Below, piece after piece: positions 1 to 12,400 of a stretch of DNA of 64,000 nucleotides. The first letter of the stretch is position 1. The number at the start of each line of letters is the position of its first letter. The DNA lies in the NCBI GenBank assembly GCA_013265495.1, contig MU057777.1, positions 1-64,000 on the forward strand, written 5' to 3'. The translations under genes were made by a program, and so were the position numbers. Under the pieces are notes generated by a model. The model searched no databases and was not told where the DNA came from. It was given only the letters and a program-made list of their open reading frames with translations. This stretch comes from Vicugna vicugna (taxonomy: Eukaryota).

Positions 1-8
1 AGTGATAC

Positions 9-760
9 TTCCCAGAAGTAAAGAATGAGGTGGGACACGAAAAAGAAGTCAGTCCCCAGACTCAACCAACCCAGTGAACATTCCCTAAGTATAGAAGAGA
101 AGGGAAATTTGCAACCCAGAAGGGAAATCTGGCTATGTCAGCAGTAAAATTGAGGGAGAAGACATTTGCTGAAGTACACTTTTTTTTTTAAAGCCGCCGT
201 TTAGAGAATGTCATTAGATAAACATTCTTTTCAATGATGAAACTTGAGTCATTTCTGGCCCTTTTCCTGGAAGAGCTTTTTGCTGCTTTCGGGTTACAAG
301 AACAGCACAAGAAGGCCATTTTCTGGGCATGGAGCCCAGGATTCAAAGGGAGGGTCTAGAGAACATCTGGTCTGCTTGGTATATTGAAACTGCATGTGTG
401 TGTTTGTGTGTATGTGCTTCTCCTATGCTGACTCATAACATTGAAGCCTCTCTGGAAACACCCCCACCCTTCTAGGCAGCCAGTTTATACACACCCCTAA
501 GGCTCCTCCTTAATTCAAATGTTTGGTGAAGAGGAAGAGGAAAAAGAATTCAAGAGCTGTTCCCAAGCATCTAGAATTTTCTGCACCCCACCTCTTGAGA
601 GAGTGGCCCAGCTCTGACTCAGTCCACTATAAGCTGAACTTTCCTTTTAAAGCACAACCGTCATTTAAGCCTTTGACTAAAACTGGAAGAAAAGAATTTG
701 TGAGTACTGTGGACTGTACAGAAGGCAAGGGACTGACAACTGGCAGTAAAAATAGAAAAA
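9..760 (+). promoter_or_regulatory. Putative CLIC2 proximal promoter / 5' UTR (non-CpG-island)
   Basis: Directly upstream of the ATG: GAS-like TTCCCAGAA (9-17) and TTCCTGGAA (264-272), AGATAA (216-221), AP-1 TGA(G/C)TCA at 245-251, 429-435 and 615-621, NF-E2/ARE TGCTGACTCAT (426-436), several CACCC boxes. The TSS cannot be placed from sequence. Confidence 0.55.
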
Positions 761-816
761 TGGCAGGCCCGAGGCCCAGCAGTCAAGCAGACCCTGAAAT
801 TGAGCTTTTTGTGAAG
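760..816 (+). CDS. CLIC2: CLIC2 coding exon 1 ([19 protein letters not shown])
   Basis: ATG at 760 in a good Kozak context (AAAATGG); donor AAG|GTAAGT at 816/817. Confidence 0.96.
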
Positions 817-3800
817 GTAAGTTTTCTAGCTGTAATAACAGCTTACAGAATGTATTACTTCTTGGCACTGAACCTCAGCCTCTTTTTAAAAATTCAACAT
901 TTGGGCTAGAAATAGGAAATAATTTTGCAATTATATACCTACTTTGATTCCTAGAAGAATGTCTGGGTGTTTGGCTGCTCTTAGATAACAATATAAAAAC
1001 ATCTCATCTGAGAAAGGGAAGAACACATGGTGGAAAGACAACTAGACTGACTGGTAGTCAGAAAAACTAAATTGTATTGTTAGTGCATTCCTATGTAACC
1101 CTGGGAAAATCCCTCTGTCCCTCTTTGTTTTTCTATCTATAAAATGAAGGAGCCCAACAAAATGATCCTTAAGGGCTTTCCAGCTCTCACAACCTGTGTT
1201 TTATGAGATAGGTTTTAGAAGACCTGAATTTAAGGAGAAGAGAGCCAACACATAGTCCAAATAGAGATTTCTAAAATTATCTCACAATGGATGAACATCA
1301 CAGCAGGGTTACATGGACCCTATGGGAGGAAATAGCCAGGAATTTGTGTGCCTGTATGTGTGGAGGAGGCATTTTGCCTTGGTTGTTTTTTTTTTAATGT
1401 ATTAATTTTTCAGAAAAGCCCTTTGGAAAACCCCTAAAGCAGAAAAAAGGAACATGTGTTTCTAAATTAGCTCATCAAGAAAAGGAAATAATTCTGTATG
1501 GGTTATTCCAAGTAGAAATTACCTAGTTTCCTTAATCTTTGCCTGTATTAAGTATTTTTCTCATATTATCATTGACTATTAGAAGTATTCAGGATGGTGA
1601 TAATAATAATTACAAACTCTTATATCATGCCTGACCTTTTTCTAAACACTTTACATATATTATCTCATTTAGTCCTGACAACAACTTAGGAGATAGGTTA
1701 ATAGTAGTATAGTAGTATCATCAGAAGTAGTGGTGATAGTAGTGCTCCTCATTGTAGTAATATTGCCCTCATTATTTCTAGATAAGTAAGTTAAGGCAAT
1801 AAAATTATGTAACTTACCTCTAAAACTACATTGCCTCTTTATGGCTTAGAAAGACATAAAATAAGGTGTGCTTACCAAATATTAGGTTTAACACCTGTTG
1901 GCCAAAGTAATATTTTTATAATCATTTAAAAATATTTAGCAACTAGTCACATATATACACCAAGGACACAATTAACCTACCTTTTCAAAATTACAGGAGA
2001 GAAACTCAAATTCTTGCATAGCAAAATACTCTCAGTGTTTTCTGGACTATGGGATATAAGAGCTACTTCTCTTATCTCTGGATTCTAATAAAACATGTGA
2101 CTGCTCAGATACAATGTAAATAGGCTTTAATATCTTAACTGGCTTTTTACATCTACCAATTCCAAACCAGAGGTAATATGTTTCTTCATAGGGTAACTGA
2201 AGTGTTTCTTTTGTCTAAGCTTTTTCGTTCAATCCAATCAAACTCCTCTAGCCAGTTGTGTGTTTATCCTTATAGACTTCCCATGTTTGGGTAGTAATCT
2301 AGGCAGGAGACATTAGCAAATCACACACTGGATAAGCAAATGTTGAATTAAGTAATAACTTTCAGATTAAAATAAGTAATCACTTATTGAGTATTTACTA
2401 TATGGCAGGCACTGTGCTAAGTGGTTTATGATTAACTCTATTTTATGGATACAGAAACTAAAGAAAAGAGTAGCTAGGTAACTTTGTCTCAGGTCACATA
2501 GCTAGTGAATGGCTGTGTTAAGATTCTAGTCTTTTATAATAGTTGTGCCTAATCTTATTCAATTGGTTTCAATTTGGCACACTTTTTAGTAAAAGTTCCC
2601 AGAATTTCATCAGATAAACTCCTTTAGATGTAAGCTTATCTAATGACATTAATACAAGTTACAGATTTTCTGGAAGATACTTGAGTATAATTTGGTTCAG
2701 GTTTTTGTTTTGCTTTGCTTTAATATGTATTCCGAAGATCCCTGGAAGTTTCGTGGAAGATACTGGGAGAGGGAATGGGGATTGAGAAGGGTGAAAAATA
2801 TTAATGAGTAAGTTTAAAAAGCACTACTCTTTACCAATCATATCTCACTTATAGATAATTTGGTATCTTTCTAAAGATTAAATAAGTATGTAATTTCCCC
2901 AACTACTTCTGACTATGTCGCTTAAAAACCCTACCACAACTTCCCCATTACCACTAAAGGGATCCCTACAAGAAAGTAAGTACTTTCCTGTCACAATTAA
3001 GAATTTCTATCACACATCCCTATGTGTTCCATGTAGTCAGTGAAAAAATTGCCTTTCAGCTCTGAATGATTTGCACAAGATTTATATCCAGGAACTAAAA
3101 ACAAAGGAATTTCTAACACATGTTTTATTTTCTCCAAATGTAGAATTTACCTTATTGGTTTGTTGTTCATTGATAAATGGAGTTTTTCTATTCTCCACCA
3201 GCCTAAAATTAAGTTTTAGTAGATTTGTAGGTAATGTTATAGACCCTAATATTTGGACCAAAATCCTGAATGTAATATTTTAATCTTGATAAATGTTTTG
3301 AAAAAAATTATCTATGTGGAAAACAAGAAAGAAATGTTACTTTTCTCTGAATGTTCAGACTATTTTCAAATTCTCTTATAACTATCATAAACACTATTAT
3401 AAAGACTGCTTAATTTTAAAAATCCAACAAAACTATTAGATGGTAAGAAAAAAGCAAACAGCCCAATCCAAAAATGGGCAGAAGACCTAAACAAGAAATT
3501 CTCCAATGAAGGCATACAAATGGCCAATAGATACATGAAAAAATGCTCAATATTGCTAATTATCAGAGAAATGCAAATCAAAACTACAATGAGGTATCAC
3601 CTCACACCAGTCAGAATGGCCATCATTCAAAAGTCCACAAATGACAAATTCTGGAGAGGCTATGGAGAAAAGGGAACCCTCTTATACTGCTGGTGGGAAT
3701 GCAGTTTGGTGCAGCCACTGTGGTGAACAGTATGGAGATTCCTCAAAAGACTAAAAATAGACTTACCATATGATCCAGCAATCCCATTTCTGGGCGTATA

Positions 3801-6800
3801 TCCAGAGGGAACCTTAATTAAAAAAGATATATGCACCCCAATGTTCATAGCAGCACTATTTCAATAGCCAAGACATGGAAACAACCTAAGTGTCCAATGA
3901 CAGATGACTGGATAAAGAAATTGTATATTTATGCAATGGAATACTACTCAGCCATAAAAACAACATAACGCCATTTTCAGCAACATGGATGTCCCTGGAG
4001 AATGTCATTCTAAGTGAATTTAGCCAGAAAGAGAAAGAAAAATACCACATGAGATCACTTATATGTGTAATCTAAAGAAAAAAAGACAAATGAACTTATT
4101 TACAAAATAGAAACAGACTCTCAGACATAGAAAACAAACTTGTGGTTACCAGTGGGGAAGGGATTGGAAGGGATTAATTGGGAGTCTGAGATTTGCAGAC
4201 ACTAACTACATAAAACAGATAAACAACAAGTTCATACTGTATATCACAATGAACTATATTCAATATCTTGTGGTAACTTATAGTGAAAAAGAATATGAAA
4301 ATGAATATATGTATGTTCATGTATGACTGAAGCATTGTGCTGTGCACCAGAAATTGACACAACATTGTGAACTGAATATAGTTCGATAAAAATTAAAAAA
4401 AAACTATTAGATGGGAGAAAGCAGTGTTTGAGTGTGGATTCTGGAGTAGACAGTCCTGGGTTAGCTACATGAGAAGAGTATATATGTCATCAACTCTTGT
4501 GTAGCTGAATGTACTTTACCAAATCAGCTTCTCTGAGCCTCAATTTCCTCCTCTGTGAAACAAGAACCTACTTCACAGGATCATCTTCATTGTGAAGATT
4601 AAATAAAATAAATATATAAGACACAGTAGTTGTTAACACAGTAAACACTCAACATGTGTCAGATATTATGGCCATTATTATTTTACATGTTTATAAACTT
4701 AGATCACAAACACAAAGGAAAAAAGTTTTCACCATAAGTTACTACAAGATATTAAACATAGTTCCCTGTGAATGTTTTGGTGAACGACCACATTCTGTCT
4801 TTGCCAACAAAAGATACTTAAGTAGGTAATTCATCAATCAGGCTAGGAAATTTACATCCTAAACTTGTGCGTGATGGCACTTATTATAAACAGAAAAAAA
4901 TTCAGTTTTCCTGTAAAATTGTACTGCATTTCCCCCACACCTTACTGTTTTGACTTTCCTTTTGCCAAAGGCGATCCACCCTTCCTGCTGTATCTATTGT
5001 CAGACTTCATTCTTTTTCCTGCCTCCCACCCCAATCAAGTTTCCACTCACTAAGCCCAGTTATGATTGGATACTTAGTCTGACCTCTGTTACAAAGAAGT
5101 TCAGCTGCCAAGTTTTGTTGCCTTTTCCCATATCTCTTCACTCCCTGACACCACAAAAGAGCAACAACAAACATTTCCTCTGTCACACTCACTGCCAGGA
5201 AAAGGAAAATTTGCCAAAAATAAGAATTATGTCCAAGATCAAGGTGTTAGCATGGTCAGTTTCTGATGAGGACTCTCTTCCTGGCTTATTATAGATAGGT
5301 GCCTTCTTGCTGTGTCCTTGCATGCACCGTGAGGGGAGAGAAAGAGGAATGAAGCTCCCTGGTCTCTCCTTATAAAGCCATTATACCTTCATGACCTCAT
5401 CTAAACCTATTATTTCCCAAAGACTTCACCTCCAAATACAATCACATTGGGGGTTAACACTTCAATATATGATGTATTGTCTTCATGAGAGATTCACGTT
5501 TTAGACACTTCAACCTCGACATATCCCAAACTGAATTTCTTCCCCGTTTTTTTACTCCACACACTGACCTATATTTTCTTTAGACGTCCTAATCCTTGAC
5601 TTTATTATCACCCCCTTCCATGGTTATACCCTTTCCTTTGTCATTGCAGTATCTGCAGCCTCTGCATAATATCATTTATTTGAGGTTTTTCTGTTCTTCT
5701 TTTTGTACTTTTCTATTGTAATACATTTTATTGAGGTATAATTTACATAAAATAGTATGAACTTATTTTAAGTGCACAATCAAATGGCTTTTCACAAATG
5801 TATACACATAACCACTACTCCAATCAAAATATAGAATATTTCCATCATCTCAGAAAGTCCCCTTGTATCTCTCTGCTGTCAATCTTCCCAACCCTACCCC
5901 ATACCCCCTTGCCAGATGAGCACTGATCTGCTTTCTTTAAGGAGATATTGGTTTGTATTTTGTAAAATTTTCTATATTGAATCATACAGTATGTACTCTT
6001 TATTTGGGGGAGGGCGGTGGTCTGGCTTCTGTCACTCAGTATAATTATTTTGAGATTTGCCCATATTGCTATATGCAGCAATAGTTCATTCCTTTTTTAT
6101 TGCTGAAGTCTTCAGCTGCATGAGTGGTACCATATTTGTTTATTCATTCACCCACTGAAGGACATTTATGTTGTTTCCAGTTTGGGGCTATTATGAATAG
6201 AGTTGCTATGAACATTCATGTACAAGTCTTTCTATGCCTATATGCTTTCATTTCTCTTGGGTAAGAATCTAGGATTAGAATTGCTGGGTCATATAGTAGG
6301 TACATTTTTAACTTTGAAAAACTCTTTATAAAACAGGTGTACCATTTTACACTCTCAACAACAGTATATCAGTTCCAGTTGATCTACATTCCTGCCAATA
6401 CTTGGTATGGTCACTATTTTTAATTTCCATTATTCTAATTTATGTGTAGTTGTATCCCATTGTGATTTTAATTTGACATTCCCTAATGATGTTGAGCATT
6501 TTTGCATGTCCTTACTTACCATCTGTATATTTTTTGTAAAGTATTTAAATTTCTTGCCCATTTTAAGTTGGATAGTTTTTATTGAATTGTAAGAGTTCTT
6601 TATTCATATTTTTATATATTTTGGATACAAGACATTTTTCATTTTCTTTACAGTTCTTTCAAAAAGTAGACTTTAGCTTTGAGGTAGTCCAGTTTATTGC
6701 ATTTTTCTCTTCTCTCCCTCACTTTAAATACCAGCCACATTGACCCTCTTTCATTCGGTTCCTTATGTATGTCATGTGCAAGCCTGTTGCAAAACCTTTG

Positions 6801-9456
6801 GATATGCTATTCTCTTGTTCTAGAATGCCCTCTTCATGCCCATTCACCTGGTTTACTCTTACCCTTTGAACTCAGTTCAAATGCAGCTTCCTTAGGAAAT
6901 GTCTTCCCTGACAGATCCCATATAGATTGTGTTTCTCTGTTACACACTCATAACATGCATGTCCTTCCTTCAAAGAATTTATCTTAGTTTAAAACAAAGT
7001 TTAAAAAAACCTGAAAGTTAAATTTGGGGGTATTATATACATATGTACATTATACAATGTATAATTATATATATGTCTATGTACATATATAATTATGTCT
7101 GGTTTATGTTAAACACAATTATTTTTCAGTAAATATTTATTGGGAGAGTGAATGAATAAATGAATATAAGACCCATAGATAAATGTAAATATGTATAAAA
7201 TTTTAAAGCAGAAAAGTGTGTTGTTTTCAATCAGTGGGAGAAAGATGAATTTTTAAATGAAGGATGTTGACAACTATTTATAAAAAAAAATAAACCTGGA
7301 GTCCTAGTGCACTTCTTATGCCAAAATAAATGCCAAATAGATGAAACAAATGTAAAAATTAAGTCATAAATGTACTAGAGGAAAAAATGAGAAAATATCT
7401 TTATAGTAAAACAAAACAGGAAAGTAATTTTTTCTTTGCAATCATGATGTATTTAATGGCCATATAAGAAGATCAGAAAAACCAGACTGCATAAAGGAAA
7501 ACAATGTAAGATTTTATGTAAAATTAAAATTTTATGCAAGACATATTTTTAAAATTACATATAACATGTATCAAAAAGAGATAGCATCTTTAGTATAAAA
7601 GCAATTTTTTCCAAAGTAATAAGGAAAAAGTCATCACCTTAAAAAAAATGTAAAATTGTCATCAACAAACAATTCACAGAATAAGGAAATCAAATGGCCA
7701 AGGAACATATAGGAAATACCTTTGAAGAAGGAAATTTTGCAAGATCTACCAAAATGGAAAATGCACATACTCTTTACTCAGCATTCTCATTTTAAAGATT
7801 AGCTCTAAAGATACAATCTCAAAAATGGAACAAGTTATATGCTCAGAAATATTTGTTGCTAAAGTACTTTGGATAGCAAAAATTTTGGAATATCTAAAAT
7901 GGTTCAATAGGAAATGGTTATATACATTCTGGCAATATATAAAATGTATTATTTATTGTTATATATTCATCACATTTGTAATTGTACATACAATGAGATT
8001 ACTGGATTCACTATCTCTCTCTGCCCACAGATGGTAGAATTCATGAGATTAAGCACTATCATTTCCTGGTAAGGCACTCAATACATACTTGTTGAGCAAA
8101 TGAATGAATGAATGAGGCTTTTCTTTATCTTAATAGGCTGGAAGTGATGGGGAGAGTATTGGAAGCTGTCCCTTTTGCCAACGCCTTTTTATGATCCTCT
8201 GGCTTAAAGGAGTTAAATTCAATGTGACTACTGTTGACATGACCAGGTAAGAAAAATCAGGACATGTTTCATTCTGGGGATTAAAATCAGTAGATAACAA
8301 TACAATGTTGGTGTTTGTATAATGTGTAGTTTATCTAACGGCCTAACTCTGCTTATTTTCAATAACCATAGAAAACCTGAAGAGCTGAAGGACTTAGCCC
8401 CAGGTACCAATCCTCCCTTCCTGGTGTATAACAAGGAGTTGAAAACAGACTTCATTAAAATTGAGGAGTTTCTAGAACAGACACTGGCTCCTCCAAGGTA
8501 CAGCATTTTATAGGATATTATTGTTCATGAAATAATCTATTATATTGACTTATTTACTTCAGATTGAGTATTCTTACTTCTAAACATCTAACTCTTTTTC
8601 AATGTCAGACTTCTCTTTTGCTATCTTTCTAGAAAAATTTGCTAAGATCCCATCATATATGATTAGAAAACTTTACTACAGAATTATTTATTTAATATAT
8701 GTAAAGCTGTTAAAACTTTATGAGATGCAAGTAGTATATTAGGAAAGGGCAAAGGATAGACTTGGAAACCTGGGAAAGATGGGTAAATTTAGGCTACATT
8801 TAATCTCAGCCACATTATCTGATCCATAATCATGTTTGGGGGCATTTATACTGATAGAAATCAGATTTATTTTATTGTAGAGCCCTCAGAAGATCTACAA
8901 TTTAGAAATAGCCTTTAATCCAGTCTGACCTTTTAGCTCTTCAGTTTGAGAAATATAGTCTATTATGTATAAACTTCCCCCTTCAACTTCAAATGCACAA
9001 AGACAATCGATGTAACATTTTAAATTATTTTTAAATGTGTAGCATATTTAAAATAAGAAAGTAAATTCTCTGTAGTATAGAAATAGAGAAGAAACCCATG
9101 GTGGAATCAGAGTGAGGGCATGGGGTAATAACATTGTATAGTTCATAAGGACTGGTCACGACTAGTCTTATATCACTGATGGCATGAAGATAGAATATAC
9201 CCAACACAAGAGGTAGGGGCCAGGAAACAGTTCTCACAGTTAGCCAGAGGCCATAACTGCGCTGACTATACTTGAATGACAGCTGTATATCTCTGCCCCA
9301 AAATGATAGTGTCTGGAAACAATAAGCCTGCTGCATTCATTTTTTATTGCTGTGCAACAAATTCACTCTTAAAATGTCACTCATTTATTATCTCACAGTT
9401 TTAATTGGTCAGCAGTCTGGCCGTAAACTTAAAATTGCACTAAAAATAGTCTTAGT

Positions 9457-9496
<40 letters not shown>

Positions 9497-12400
9497 CACA
9501 TACACACAAGTTCTATTGGTCCGTAATTCTTCCTACCTAAGAAACTAGGGATACTATTTTAGATTTTCCCTGTGTGCCTATTCTAGATCTCTTTCATCTG
9601 TTATTGACGATTTCTTAGATTTTAAGCACCTGTTCCAAGTTTGTCCAATAAGTATCAAGTCTTACTTTGTTCTTTTCCCCTCATCCACCTTCCTTTACTA
9701 TCTGGTCCCCAACCTTTTCTTGCACCCAAAAGTAACTAGTGAAAAAATCATTGTGTATCTTTCCATATCTTTTTCTATGTTCATATGAGCATAATAATAG
9801 TAAGCATAATTTACTTCATAAGTAAATTGCTTCTTGCTTATCTCATTTCTTCAGCTATACTGGTACAGATTTAACTCATTATTTTAATGGCTCCATAATA
9901 GTCCATGTCACAGATGTGCTACAAGTTGCTAAACTATTCTTCTACTGATAAACATTCCCCTTTCTTACATTTTTAAAATCACTACAAGCAGTGATTTTTT
10001 ATTGTATTATTTATTATTTTATTTTTGCAGTGGGAGGAGGTAATTAAGTTTGTTTATTTTTAGAAGAGGTACTGGGGATTGAACCCAGGACCTCATGCAT
10101 GCTAAGCATGCACTCTACCACTTGAGCTATATCCTCACCCCCAGTGTTTTAATAACATGCTTGCTCATATGTCTTTATATACTGGTGTTTTTATTCCTGT
10201 GGGATACGCTCCCAGCAGCAAAATTAAAATGGTATATAGCTTTACAATTTTTTACTGCTTTGCCCATCAGTGTATGAAGGTACTCTTTCCCCACATATCT
10301 GTAATACTATGTGCTATCTTTCTTTTAAAACTTGTGGCAACCTGATGGGTATAGTGATACTTCATTGATACCTTAGTATGCATTTCCCTGATTAATAGGT
10401 GAATTTGTCAGTGACATCATAAATAATAAAATGCTTAGAAATAAATTTAACCAAAGAGGATAAAAACTTGTACACAGAAAACTACAAACCATTGCTGGAA
10501 TAATTTAAAGATCTAAATAAATGGAAAGATATTTATTAGTTTCTGAGGGCTGCCATAACAAAGTGCCACAAACAGAGTGGCTTAGAATAACAGAAATTTG
10601 TCTTGCAGTTCTGGAAGCAAGAAGTCTAAAGTCAAGGTATCAGCAGGGCCATACTCTCAGAAATGTATAAGAGAAGTATCCTTCTTTGCTTCTACCTAGA
10701 TTCTTGTGATTTTCCAGCAATCATTGTCTTGTAGATACATAGCTCCAATCCTCCATCTTCACATGGCATTCTCCCTATGTCTCTGTATCTTCACAAGGTG
10801 TTCTTTTTAAAGGATACAAGTCATATTGGTTTAATGGGCCCACCTTACTCCATTATGGTCTCATCCTAACTATTTCAGTAACAATCCTATTTCAAAATAA
10901 AGTTACATAATGAAGTATTGGAGTTTATGACTTCAACATATGTTTTTGGGGAGACACAGTTTAACCCATACAAACATTCCATATGCATGGGTGAGGAGAC
11001 TTCATATTATTCATATAGAAAAATTCCCCAAAGGGATCTACTAATTCAGTGCAGTACCAACCAAAATCCCAATGGTATTTTTACAGAGATGAAAAGGCCA
11101 ATCCTCAAATTCATATGGAATTGCAAGAGACCACAAATAGCTAAAATAGTCTTGATAAAGACAAACAAAATGAGAGGACTCACACCTCCTGAGTCTCAAA
11201 ATTTACTACAAAGCTACAGTAATCAAAACATTGCAGTACTTGCATAATAATATACTTAAAGATCATTGGAATAGAAATGAAAGTACATAAATAAACCCAT
11301 AAATCTATGGTCAATCAATTTTCAAGAGTGCCAAAAAACATTCAATGGTGAAAGAATAGTGTCTCCAACAAGTGTTCCTGGGACAATTAGATATTCACAT
11401 TCACATGCCAAAGAATAAAATTAGACCTTTATCTCACACCATATAGAAAAATTAACTCAAAGTACATCAAAGACCTAATGCATGGGCTAAAACTATAAAA
11501 CTTTTGGAAGAAAATATACAGGTAAATCTTCAGGACCTTGTATTTGGCAATGGATTCTTAAAAATGACACCAAAAGCACATGCAACAAAAGAAAAGATAG
11601 ATAAATTAGATGATATGGATGATAGAATAATGAAAATCACCCAATCAGACTAGCACAAGGAAAAACAAATTTTAAAAAATGAGAAAAGTTCAATGGACCT
11701 CTGAGGCAACATCAAGAGAACTAACATTTACATTATAGGGATCTCCAAAGGAGAAAAGAGAGAGAAAGGGGTACAAAAAGTATTTGATTAAATTATGTCT
11801 AAAAACTTCCCAAAGCTGAAGAAGGAAACATTTCCAGGCACAGGAATCACAGAGAGTCCCAAATAGATAAACTCAAAGAGACCCATACCAAGGCATATCA
11901 TAGTTAAAATGGCAAAAGTTAATGACAAAGAGACAATTCTAAAGAGAAAAACAAAGAGTCTTTTCCCTTTAGAGAAGACCCTTTAACACTTTTCTAGGAT
12001 TGGTTTAATATTGATGAGCTCTTTTCATTTTTGCTTGTCTGAGAAGTTTTTATCTCTCCTTCTAATTGATAACTTTGCTGGGTAGAGTATCCTAAGTTGT
12101 AGGTTTTTCCCTTTCAGCACTTAAAATATATCATGCCATTTCCTCCTGGTCTGCAAATTTTCTGAAGAAAAATAAGCTGATAACATCATGGGGGTTCCTT
12201 TGTATGTGACTAGTATCCAAAATATTTAAAGTACTCTTACAATTCAACATCAGAAAGACACTTAATTTAAAAATGGACAAAGGATTTGAGTAGACATTTC
12301 TCAGAGAATATATAAAAATGGCTAATAAGCACATGTAAAGATGCTTAATGTCATCAGCTATTAGCAAAATGCAAATCAAAACCACAATGCCCACTTTTCA

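Noticed and set aside
523..909. 128-aa ORF overlapping the CLIC2 start
   Set aside because: It begins at a non-ATG codon and runs past the exon 1 donor into the intron; only 760-816 matches CLIC2. There is no evidence for an N-terminal extension.
10066..10141. Apparent tRNA-Ala genes here and at about 57275-57347
   Set aside because: Both have a disrupted acceptor stem, a shared tRNA-unrelated 3' segment and an A-rich tail, and the second has a clear TSD. They are SINEs, not tRNA genes.
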